In this document: in pieces, positions 9,398-16,420 of the stretch
Layout: every line of letters starts with the position of its first letter
How positions within the stretch are numbered: the first letter of the stretch is position 1
DNA from: Candidatus Fimihabitans intestinipullorum
GTDB lineage: Bacteria; Bacillota_I; Bacilli_A; RF39; UBA660
Direction of reading: 5' to 3'
Assembly: GCA_018714965.1 (NCBI GenBank)
Contig: DVML01000022.1
Location: forward strand, 1,065-65,064
DNA length: 64,000 bases
The notes under the pieces: generated by a model
What the model was told of the DNA's origin: nothing
Seen by the model: the letters and a program-made list of their open reading frames with translations, nothing else
The model's database searches: none
Made by a program: the position numbers and the translations under genes

Positions 9398-9526
9398 TTA
9401 TCTTATTATTGTTGGCGCAGTAACGTTTTTTAATAAATATTGATTAGATATCAAGAGTAAAATTATATAATTATTATTCTTAATAATTATATAATTAAAG
9501 CCTATTGGCAAAATATAGTAAATCAT
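9398..9526 (-). CDS. Hypothetical 42-aa hydrophobic peptide
   Basis: Strong RBS TAGGAGGT 5 nt before the ATG; MIYYILPIGFNYIIIKNNNYIILLLISNQYLLKNVTAPTIIR. No homology recognised. Confidence 0.3.
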   Translation of the reverse strand: MIYYILPIGFNYIIIKNNNYIILLLISNQYLLKNVTAPTIIR

Positions 9527-9590
9527 ATAACTACCTCCTAAGAAAATGATATCTTAAAATGTGTAGTTATAAATTGTAATCGCTTTGAAA

Positions 9591-9944
9591 TTACTGTTTT
9601 CGTCCTTCAAAATTTTTTGAGGAAGCTATTTCTTGTTTGAGGAAAGATACATATCGATCAGCATCGTCCTCAAGAACATCTACTTTTAAAGCCAATAAAT
9701 CATTATTGATTTGATTTAATTGGCTCAGCTCAATATGAGCTAGTTCATGCAATATTGTTTTCTTTTTTAAGTAATACGATAAGTTTTTATTGATCATAAT
9801 GTTATGAATATCTTTATAAGAAAATACACATCCTCGAATATTACTAGGCAAAGATTCGTAAGTTATAGTTGCATTGTAATAATTTAATAGATCGGTTTCT
9901 GTTATATTTCCACATAATAAATTATATATATTCAAATTATACAC
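9591..9944 (-). CDS. ImmA/IrrE-family zinc metallopeptidase (anti-repressor protease)
   Basis: 117 aa; HELAHIEL (HExxH) motif; located immediately downstream of the XRE repressors, as in ImmR/ImmA modules. Confidence 0.7.
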   Translation of the reverse strand: MYNLNIYNLLCGNITETDLLNYYNATITYESLPSNIRGCVFSYKDIHNIMINKNLSYYLKKKTILHELAHIELSQLNQINNDLLALKVDVLEDDADRYVSFLKQEIASSKNFEGRKQ

Positions 9945-10040
9945 CCCTTATTGTTCAAATATTGTAAAGAATTAAAATATAAGATAAACAATTCAGATAT
10001 ATGATCCAAACTTTCCATTTGTTTCAACTGTTAGGATGTT

Positions 10041-10505
10041 TTATTTTACTTGCTTATCAATTTCATCCATTCTTTTTCCTATTAAAGATAAAATTGCTTT
10101 TTTTTGTTCTTCTGGTAATTCCATAAGAGCTTTATCAGTTTCGCTTGCATTTTTGAGAAATACTGTTGTGCCATCGGCTTTTTGTATATAGATTCCATCA
10201 TCATTATTTTCTATTTTTTCTTTTTGAATTTCATTTTTATATTTTGGAACATCAAATCCCATTAACCAAGCGGGATTTACGTTTAAGGCTTCTGATAGAA
10301 TAGTCAATTTCCATTGACCAGGTTCATATTTCCCAGAAATCCATTGACTTAAATCGGATTTAGTTATTTTTACTTTTTTTCCGTCCCTAAAATAATATTT
10401 ATTGCTGATAGGTTCACATTTTCTTATTATATCTGCTTGTTTTAAATTTCTTTCGTTCATTATTTTTTTGAGCCTTGTTGCAGTACTCTCTTTAATCATA
10501 ACCAA
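10041..10505 (-). CDS. XRE-family repressor 1 (HTH plus a shared C-terminal domain)
   Basis: 154 aa; HTH_3-like N-terminus ending AWLMG; C-terminal 55 aa almost identical to the neighbouring repressor. Confidence 0.7.
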   Translation of the reverse strand: MVMIKESTATRLKKIMNERNLKQADIIRKCEPISNKYYFRDGKKVKITKSDLSQWISGKYEPGQWKLTILSEALNVNPAWLMGFDVPKYKNEIQKEKIENNDDGIYIQKADGTTVFLKNASETDKALMELPEEQKKAILSLIGKRMDEIDKQVK

Positions 10506-10522
10506 TGTCCTCTCGATAACAT

Positions 10523-10918
10523 TTATTCATCTCCCAGCTGTTTGTCAATTTCATCCATTCTTTTCCCTATTAGGGATAGAATGGCTTTTTTTTGTTCTTC
10601 GGGTAATTCCATAAGAGCTTTATCAGTTTCGCTTGCATTTTTGAGAAATACTGTTGTGCCATCTGCTTTTTTAATATATATACCGTTATCATTATTTTCT
10701 ATAGTTTGAATTCGTAAATCCTTACTGAGTAAATCATTTAAGGGAACATTCAACATTTCTGCTAATTTTAATGCATTATCAATAGTAGTTTCGATTTCTC
10801 CATTTTCAATCCGCGAAATAGTAGATCTGTCAACTCCAATTTTATTTGCTAAATCTTGTTGCGAAATTTTTTTTACTTTTCGTAGATATTTAATGTTATT
10901 ATTTAAAAATTCAGCCAA
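10523..10918 (-). CDS. XRE-family repressor 2 (CI-like)
   Basis: 131 aa; canonical HTH SQQDLANKIGVDRSTISRIENG; divergent to the cro-like gene; RBS GGGAGGT. Confidence 0.8.
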   Translation of the reverse strand: MAEFLNNNIKYLRKVKKISQQDLANKIGVDRSTISRIENGEIETTIDNALKLAEMLNVPLNDLLSKDLRIQTIENNDNGIYIKKADGTTVFLKNASETDKALMELPEEQKKAILSLIGKRMDEIDKQLGDE

Positions 10919-10941
10919 AACAATTACCTCCCAGCACTTTA

Positions 10942-10951
10942 ATTATAACAT
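10942..10951 (-). promoter_or_regulatory. Extended -10 (aTGtTATAAT) for repressor 2
   Basis: The reverse complement of ATTATAACAT gives a TGnTATAAT-type extended -10, about 24 nt upstream of the start codon. Confidence 0.5.
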
Positions 10952-10999
10952 AAAAAAGCAAAAAAACAACACACGTTGTGAAAAAATGCACATTTATTG

Positions 11000-11028
11000 T
11001 TGACAAGTGCATATATGCACGATATAAT
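11000..11028 (+). promoter_or_regulatory. Early rightward promoter with an embedded operator palindrome
   Basis: TTGACA (11000-11005), 17 nt, TATAAT (11023-11028). The spacer holds the perfect palindrome GTGCATATATGCAC (11007-11020), and an additional TGCAC half-site lies at 10987-10991. Confidence 0.75.
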
Positions 11029-11051
11029 AAGTGTAGATAGGAGGTAACATA

Positions 11052-11282
11052 ATGCTGGAAGCAATAGGAAAAGAACTGAAAATTATTAGAATTAGAAATA
11101 ATTTAAAATTAGAAGATGTTGCTAAAGATATTAAATTAAATAGAGAAACTCTTCGTAGATATGAAAATTCAGCTAGTGGACTATCAGTTGAAAGATTAGA
11201 GAATTTATTAAATTATTATGGCGTAGACAGTTCAATTTTTTTTGAAAGAATATGTGAATATATGCACACAAATCGAAGGTAA
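11052..11282 (+). CDS. XRE-family HTH protein (Cro-like)
   Basis: 76 aa; HTH LKLEDVAKDIKLNRETLRRYEN; RBS TAGGAGGT. Confidence 0.7.
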   Translation: MLEAIGKELKIIRIRNNLKLEDVAKDIKLNRETLRRYENSASGLSVERLENLLNYYGVDSSIFFERICEYMHTNRR

Positions 11283-11286
11283 AGAA

Positions 11287-11481
11287 ATGATATCAAAATA
11301 TTTAAAACAATATTTTAAAAATCGAAATATTAGTCAATATGAAGTTTCAAAACGAACGAAAATAGATAGAACAAAAATCAATCTATCGTTCAATAATAAA
11401 CGAAAACTTACAGCAGATGAACTTATTTTGATTGCAAATGTATTTGAAATAGATTTAAACAAAATAAAAAAGATTAAATAA
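11287..11481 (+). CDS. XRE-family HTH protein
   Basis: Start trimmed to the ATG at 11287 (MISKYLKQYFKNRNISQYEVSKRTKIDRTKIN...); the longer track ORF overlaps the previous gene. Confidence 0.6.
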   Translation: MISKYLKQYFKNRNISQYEVSKRTKIDRTKINLSFNNKRKLTADELILIANVFEIDLNKIKKIK

Positions 11482-11940
11482 CAACTAATCGTTACTTAAT
11501 CTTTCTAACAACCCAAAATTGTCCTTTCAAAACAACTTTGGGCGAGTTTTAAAATACTAATTCAATTACTACATTTCACAAATACTGACTATAACTAGTT
11601 AACTGATCAAATAGCCATTATTTATTCAGCATTAAGCGTTGAAAGCACTTAACTGTAATTGTCCATAATATAAGAGTTTTCTTTCTCTGCTACCTCAAGA
11701 AGAAGTAGTTCCCCATAGCTTATAGAACGTCTCAGCAATTAGGCAGGGAATTGGCTATTAAACTTTTGATAAAGCTTCACAACCTTTCTAGCCCACATAA
11801 GGACCAGTATGAGTATATCAAATTATAGTTAGAAATTCAAACTTTTTTTGAGAAAAACTGGAAAATTAGAAAAAATTTTTATCTACAATAATAAAATCAT
11901 ATAGCAAATAAAACATTAGTACAAACGAGGTGAATAAATA

Positions 11941-12141
11941 ATGAATACAGATAAAATAATTAAATTTATAAAATTAGTTGAAGAAAACAAATTTACTTTA
12001 AAAGAATGGGATTATTTAGCATCGATAATAAATACAAGATTCGATCTTATTTCTGGGAAGGTCATTTTTACAGTAGACGATGCAGTTTTAACATTATACG
12101 GTAAAAAAGATTTATTTAAGACAATAGAAAAAAGACAATGA
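11941..12141 (+). CDS. Hypothetical protein
   Basis: 66 aa; RBS ACGAGGTG upstream; no recognisable domain. Confidence 0.4.
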   Translation: MNTDKIIKFIKLVEENKFTLKEWDYLASIINTRFDLISGKVIFTVDDAVLTLYGKKDLFKTIEKRQ

Positions 12142-12153
12142 CTTGCTTTCTTC

Positions 12154-12357
12154 TTAATACTTTTCAATTTGTAAGTAGATAATTGGAACTACATATTTTA
12201 TTGAATTGTGTGTAATACAAATAGTAGGGTTTTCTTTAAACTTATCTTCGACAGTAAAAAAACCGGATACAAAACTACTTGGTTTGACGCCATTTATATT
12301 ATCTAGTTCGTCATCTAATAAAGTCCATTTTCCCAAAATATTAGCATAGACGTTCAC
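12154..12357 (-). CDS. Hypothetical protein on the lysogeny strand
   Basis: 67 aa; GTG start with RBS GGGAGGTGA; preceded by the extended -10 aTGtTATAAT at 12378-12387. Confidence 0.45.
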   Translation of the reverse strand: MNVYANILGKWTLLDDELDNINGVKPSSFVSGFFTVEDKFKENPTICITHNSIKYVVPIIYLQIEKY

Positions 12358-12653
12358 AGTATCACCTCCCTATGTTTATTATAACATGGAGGATAGATAG
12401 GATAAATCAAAGGGAGTATATCAAAGTAGAATTAAAAATACAAATTAGTACAAGCAAGAAAAAATAAAATTATATAGGAGGTGTTAGCATTGCTAACCGA
12501 TAAACAAATAGAAAGATTTTACGATACATTGATCAAGATTTTAGAACGCAAATTTGATGTAAAAATTGAGTATGAAATCGTAGATGTAGAAAGGGGAGAA
12601 AATGCGTGAAGAAAGAGAAAGATTTTGATTTAATAATTCATCATAATTCCTTA

Positions 12654-12836
12654 CTAGCTATTATTATTGTTTTGAGTCAATTGATGTTTACTGTTTTGCA
12701 AACCGCTTTTATTCTCATGACGTTTTCTAATTGAACAGTAAACAAAGTCAATATACCAAATCAAAGTTATCAATAAAAACGCAAACATGAAACAAATAGA
12801 AAAGAATAAATAAATATCTAACCAATTATATTTCAA
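12654..12836 (-). CDS. Hypothetical single-TM membrane peptide (about 60 aa)
   Basis: TTG start 6 nt after GAGGTG; extended -10 at 12862-12871; hydrophobic core IYLFFSICFMFAFLLITLIWYIDFVY. The N-terminal extension in the ORF track was discarded. Confidence 0.3.
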   Translation of the reverse strand: MKYNWLDIYLFFSICFMFAFLLITLIWYIDFVYCSIRKRHENKSGLQNSKHQLTQNNNNS

Positions 12837-12909
12837 TTTAAACACCTCGCTTTCTATTGAAATTATAACATGGCAAAAGATAAAAAAATAAAGAGAAGGA
12901 GGATAGAAA

Positions 12910-13059
12910 ATGAAAGAAATATTAAAAAGTAAAATGATGATTTTATTCACAGTATTTATTTTGGGGATTGCACTAGTGGATGGACTTCAAGCACAAAAAA
13001 AAGACTTGAATGGAGCTGGAACTCAAATTTCAAGTCAATCAAATTATTTACAAAAATAA
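12910..13059 (+). CDS. Small signal-peptide-bearing ORF, copy A (49 aa)
   Basis: RBS GAAGGAGG; MKEILKSKMMILFTVFILGIALVDGLQAQKKDLNGAGTQISSQSNYLQK: n-region, h-region, LQA, then a hydrophilic tail. Paralogue at 13829. Confidence 0.5.
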   Translation: MKEILKSKMMILFTVFILGIALVDGLQAQKKDLNGAGTQISSQSNYLQK

Positions 13060-13172
13060 TTCACTAACAATATAGCATGTGATTTTATAAATGTCAAATT
13101 TTGTTCTTTGAAAACTTAATAAAAACTTAACGTCAAACTAAAGTATATTTTCAATTATTTTGAAAGGAGGTC

Positions 13173-13202
13173 TTGACATCATGGCTTCACACAATGTATA
13201 AT
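13173..13202 (+). promoter_or_regulatory. Promoter embedded in a long inverted repeat, upstream of the RHH gene
   Basis: TTGACA-18 nt-TATAAT lying within GTCTTGAC...CTTCACACAATgtataattATGTTGTGAAGTCAAGA. Confidence 0.55.
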
Positions 13203-13234
13203 TATGTTGTGAAGTCAAGATAGAAAGAAGGGAT

Positions 13235-13390
13235 ATGCGAAAAGGAAGTAAAAAGGAAAATGGAAAAACGCGACGTTTTTCAACTCGATTAACAGAAAGT
13301 GAGTATAAAGAATTTTCTGAAAAAGCGGAAAAAAGAAAAATGACAAAGACAGATTATATGTTGTATCTAATTAAAAATGATAAAATTTAA
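13235..13390 (+). CDS. Ribbon-helix-helix (CopG/Arc-like) small protein, 51 aa
   Basis: MRKGSKKENGKTRRFSTRLTESEYKEFSEKAEKRKMTKTDYMLYLIKNDKI: a basic arm, then a beta-strand (RFSTRL), then two helices. Confidence 0.5.
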   Translation: MRKGSKKENGKTRRFSTRLTESEYKEFSEKAEKRKMTKTDYMLYLIKNDKI

Positions 13391-13403
13391 AAATAACAAA
13401 AAA

Positions 13404-13452
13404 AGATAGAAAATGTGCTTAAGTTTCGAAGTCAAGAACACATAATCTATCT
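13404..13452 (+). other. Structured hairpin 1 of a covarying pair
   Basis: AGATAGAaAATGTG, 21-nt loop, CACATaATCTATCT. Confidence 0.5.
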
Positions 13453-13504
13453 AAATTTGGTAATTATGTACTAAGCCGTTAAACAAAGTACACAATCTTT
13501 TAAG

Positions 13505-13554
13505 GACTGAGAATGTGCTAAATGTTTTGACGAACGAAAGACACATAATCAGTC
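13505..13554 (+). other. Structured hairpin 2 of a covarying pair
   Basis: GACTGAgAATGTG, 24-nt loop, CACATaATCAGTC. The inner stem is the same as in hairpin 1 and the outer 6 bp covary. Confidence 0.5.
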
Positions 13555-13703
13555 TAGATTCTGTGAAACACCTAAAAGGTATTTCTATTTAATTATACAA
13601 AAAATGAGTAGATTTGTCTACTACAAGCAATATTTTTATAATAGAAATTTAACCCTTTTCAGGTAGTTTTCACGAAGAAAATTATGTGAGGAGGGTTTTT
13701 ATT

Positions 13704-13832
13704 ATGAAAAAAACAAGGATGTTATATGAATCTTTACCATTAGGTATAAATAGTATCTCCTATAAAAATGGAGATGAAATGATATATGTAATCAATACAA
13801 ATAAAAATTTATTAGTGGAGGAAATAAAATGA
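13704..13832 (+). CDS. Hypothetical 42-aa ORF, translationally coupled to peptide copy B
   Basis: RBS GAGGAGGG; the stop overlaps the next start (ATGA). Confidence 0.35.
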   Translation: MKKTRMLYESLPLGINSISYKNGDEMIYVINTNKNLLVEEIK

Positions 13833-13975
13833 AGGAAATATTAAAAAGTAAAATGATGATTTTATTCACAGTATTTATTTTGGGAATTGTTTTAGTAGAT
13901 GGATTTCAAGCACAAAAAAAAGACTTGAACGGAGTTGGATCTCAAATTTCAAGTCAAATTATTTCAAAAAAATAA
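13829..13975 (+). CDS. Small signal-peptide-bearing ORF, copy B (48 aa)
   Basis: MKEILKSKMMILFTVFILGIVLVDGFQAQKKDLNGVGSQISSQIISKK. About 90 percent nucleotide identity to copy A by eye, except at the C-terminal codons. Confidence 0.5.
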   Translation: MKEILKSKMMILFTVFILGIVLVDGFQAQKKDLNGVGSQISSQIISKK

Positions 13976-14014
13976 TTCACTAACAATATAACAAAAGTGA
14001 ATTAAAAAGTCAAG

Positions 14015-14206
14015 TTTAGCAGGTTCAGAGTGAACTATCTAATGAATTTTAGTAGGTTCAGAGTGAACCAACTAAGAAAATTTAGTAGGTCCACAGTGAC
14101 CCATACAGTAGGTCCACAGTGAACCCTCTCTATAATGTATTTAACTATACTAAATTAACTATAAATATAAATAATTATATTAGTAGGTTCAGAGTGAACC
14201 AACTAA
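14015..14206 (+). repeat. Iteron-like array: five copies of an approximately 18-bp motif
   Basis: AG(T/C)AGGTTCAGAGTGAAC x3 (about 14018, 14051, 14182) and AGTAGGTCCACAGTGA(A)CC x2 (14084, 14107). Each carries the internal palindrome GTTCA..TGAAC or GTCCA..TGA(A)C. The array lies directly upstream of the 14220 gene. Confidence 0.8.
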
Positions 14207-14219
14207 CTAAGGAGAAAGT

Positions 14220-14573
14220 ATGAATGGGAAATTTGTAATAATTTTAAAAGAACTTGTTACTGATCCAAAAATTGATGCTTACGAATACAGAATTTTAAGT
14301 TATTTGATTTCCTGTTCTAAGGATGGAGAGTGTTTCCCAAGCAGGGGAGATATTAGCGATAAAACAGGAATTCCGATAAGCACAGTAAAGAGGAAATTGA
14401 ATTCGTTAATTTCTAAAAAATATATTAGCAAAAGTAATCGAACTATCGGATCGGGCAAAATAACTTCAAATATTTACACGATCAACAAAAAATATTTGGT
14501 TGTTCGAGAGGCAAGGTACGAAAACGAGAAACAAGAAGAACTATTCGATTACGATTGGATTGGAGATGAGTAA
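14220..14573 (+). CDS. Winged-helix/HTH protein, putative replication-initiation or origin-binding protein
   Basis: 117 aa; FPSRGDISDKTGIPISTVKRKLNSLISKKYI HTH; position at the head of the replication module, next to the iterons. Confidence 0.45.
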   Translation: MNGKFVIILKELVTDPKIDAYEYRILSYLISCSKDGECFPSRGDISDKTGIPISTVKRKLNSLISKKYISKSNRTIGSGKITSNIYTINKKYLVVREARYENEKQEELFDYDWIGDE

Positions 14574-14795
14574 ATGGGAGAAATATTAGTAAACACAAAA
14601 CAGTGCAGTATTGACTGCTTGAAAGAAAAAGATTTATGGACTGTCGAAGAGTTATTGAACAAGATTGCTGATTTGGAATCGGATAATCATTCTTTGCAAG
14701 AGGAATTTGATGATTACAAACAAAATATCGAAGATAATTACGAACCAGTAAGTCTTTTCAAACTATACGGAATAAGCGAGAGTGATTTTCGATGA
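14574..14795 (+). CDS. Hypothetical phage protein
   Basis: 73 aa; tightly packed in the operon. Confidence 0.45.
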   Translation: MGEILVNTKQCSIDCLKEKDLWTVEELLNKIADLESDNHSLQEEFDDYKQNIEDNYEPVSLFKLYGISESDFR

Positions 14796-14986
14796 AATAC
14801 GTCGTCGAGCTAAAGCCAACGAAACGAATGGGAGAAATTAAGGACAAGCTGTATTTGAAATGGATAAAGAGCGATCAACACCATATAGTGGTCGATGAAA
14901 ACGAGGCGAAACGTTTTAGAAGAGATGAAATAAAAAAATTGAAGGAAAGGTTTGGAGAACGAGTAATTCTCCATAGGGTCAAGTAG
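14792..14986 (+). CDS. Hypothetical phage protein
   Basis: 64 aa; start overlaps the previous stop. Confidence 0.45.
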   Translation: MKYVVELKPTKRMGEIKDKLYLKWIKSDQHHIVVDENEAKRFRRDEIKKLKERFGERVILHRVK

Positions 14987-14987
14987 A

Positions 14988-15509
14988 ATGGAAAAGACAA
15001 CTTTAAAAAAGAACAAAGATGGATACGGATACAAGTATACGGAGTTAGCAGAAATTCATAAATATCTTGAAGAAAACAATATGAGATATTATCAAACGAT
15101 TGAAACAAGTGAGTTAAACGGTTGTGATTATATCATGACTTATAGATTCATTGACGGAAAATGGGAGGAAAAACCGAAGAGAGGATGTAAGGTAACTGAT
15201 GCGACACTGCAAGGGGTTAAAAATCCTGCTCAAGAACAAGGAAGCGCATTGACTTATGCAAGACGTTATAGTTTGTTAATGGCGTTCGGCTTAGCGACAG
15301 AAGACGATGATGCTCAATCGTTGAGTAGAACGAAGAAAACAGAAAAGAAAGAAATTTTAGCAACTGATAATCAAATTGATTTAATTGAAAGCTTAATGAC
15401 AGATGATCAAATTGAGAAAGCATGTGAAAAAATTGGAAAGAACAATTTAAGAGAATTTACTATTACAGAAGCAAGTAGCTTAATTAAAAAAATGAAAGGT
15501 GGAAAATAA
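14988..15509 (+). CDS. ERF-family single-strand annealing recombinase
   Basis: GYGYKYTELAEIHKYL and GSALTYARRYSLLMAFGLATEDDDA, characteristic of the ERF superfamily. Confidence 0.75.
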   Translation: MEKTTLKKNKDGYGYKYTELAEIHKYLEENNMRYYQTIETSELNGCDYIMTYRFIDGKWEEKPKRGCKVTDATLQGVKNPAQEQGSALTYARRYSLLMAFGLATEDDDAQSLSRTKKTEKKEILATDNQIDLIESLMTDDQIEKACEKIGKNNLREFTITEASSLIKKMKGGK

Positions 15510-15510
15510 G

Positions 15511-15828
15511 ATGAACGAATTAGTAAAAATTGTAGACGGAGAAATTGAAGTAGCAAACGAGGTAGTAGAACAAATCAAGAAATTTCAAAAGATGAAAGTT
15601 GAAATGGACTTGAAGGAAAAAGAACTAAAGAAAAATTTAAAAGATGCAATGGAAAAATGTGGTATTAAAAAGTGGGTCGCAAATGGGCTTTGCGCAACGA
15701 TTACAGAAGGATCAACAAGAACAACAGTAGATTCAAAACGATTAAAGGAAGAGCTACCAGATATTTACGAAGAGTATTCCAAAACATCAAATGTATCAAG
15801 TTCAATTAGATTAGTGATCGGAGAATAA
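15511..15828 (+). CDS. Hypothetical protein of the recombination module
   Basis: Start trimmed to the ATG at 15511, after RBS AAGGTGG. Confidence 0.45.
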   Translation: MNELVKIVDGEIEVANEVVEQIKKFQKMKVEMDLKEKELKKNLKDAMEKCGIKKWVANGLCATITEGSTRTTVDSKRLKEELPDIYEEYSKTSNVSSSIRLVIGE

Positions 15829-15829
15829 A

Positions 15830-16420
15830 ATGATTGAGTTCATTGAAGAATCTCATACTTATTTGATAGATGGAGTTATAACTCCAAGTGTTTCAGAAAT
15901 ATTAAACTTCATCTTTCCTGATAAGTATTCAAATATTCCAAAACAGATATTAAATACAAAAGCAAATTATGGAAGTAAAGTTCACGAAGCAATCGAACGT
16001 TTGGAAAAAAATGAGGAATTACCAAAGTTGAATTATTTGCAAGAAATTAGTATCGATCAATATAGAAAACTTAAGGACAAATATAAGATAGAAGTTTTAG
16101 AACAGGAAAAAATGGTTCACTATGAAAACTATTATTGTGGTCGATTTGACATGATCGCTGAAATAAACGGATTTTATAGTTTATGTGACATCAAGACAAC
16201 AGCGAAGCTTGATAAAGAAAGCTTATCATGGCAATTAAGTTATTACGCTTTAGCACACAATCTTGATGAATACGAAACAGAATTTAAAAAATTTTATGCA
16301 ATATGGCTTCCTAAAAAAGATCTTGGCGAAATAGTGGAAATTGAGAGGAAAAGTAAACAAGAACTGTTAGAAAAGTTAAAGGAGTTTCGAAAATATTATG
16401 AAAACAATAGTGAAAATTGA
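15830..16420 (+). CDS. PD-(D/E)XK-family nuclease (RecB/Cas4-like exonuclease)
   Basis: 196 aa; GRFDMIAE...LCDIKTT (D...D-x-K) motif; located beside ERF. Confidence 0.55.
   Translation: MIEFIEESHTYLIDGVITPSVSEILNFIFPDKYSNIPKQILNTKANYGSKVHEAIERLEKNEELPKLNYLQEISIDQYRKLKDKYKIEVLEQEKMVHYENYYCGRFDMIAEINGFYSLCDIKTTAKLDKESLSWQLSYYALAHNLDEYETEFKKFYAIWLPKKDLGEIVEIERKSKQELLEKLKEFRKYYENNSEN

Noticed and set aside
10402-10614. The plus-strand 70-aa ORF spanning the junction of the two repressor genes
   Set aside because: It lies antisense to two well-supported HTH genes and is an artefact of the duplicated C-terminal module.
12654-12950. The full-length 98-aa minus-strand ORF
   Set aside because: Its N-terminal third overlaps the RBS and start of the plus-strand peptide gene and has no RBS. 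A TTG start at 12836, with GAGGTG and an extended -10 upstream, is more plausible.
12910-13975. Calling the duplicated peptides an arbitrium (AimP) or Rap-Phr system
   Set aside because: No AimR/Rap/Rgg-sized TPR receptor gene lies adjacent or anywhere in the prophage. Only the peptide architecture is suggestive, so this is kept as a hypothesis in the findings and not as an annotation.
14015-14206. The repeat array considered as a small CRISPR array
   Set aside because: The repeats are only about 18 bp, occur in two sequence classes with irregular spacing (4 to about 56 nt), have no cas genes nearby, and sit directly upstream of a replication-module gene. An iteron or operator interpretation fits better.
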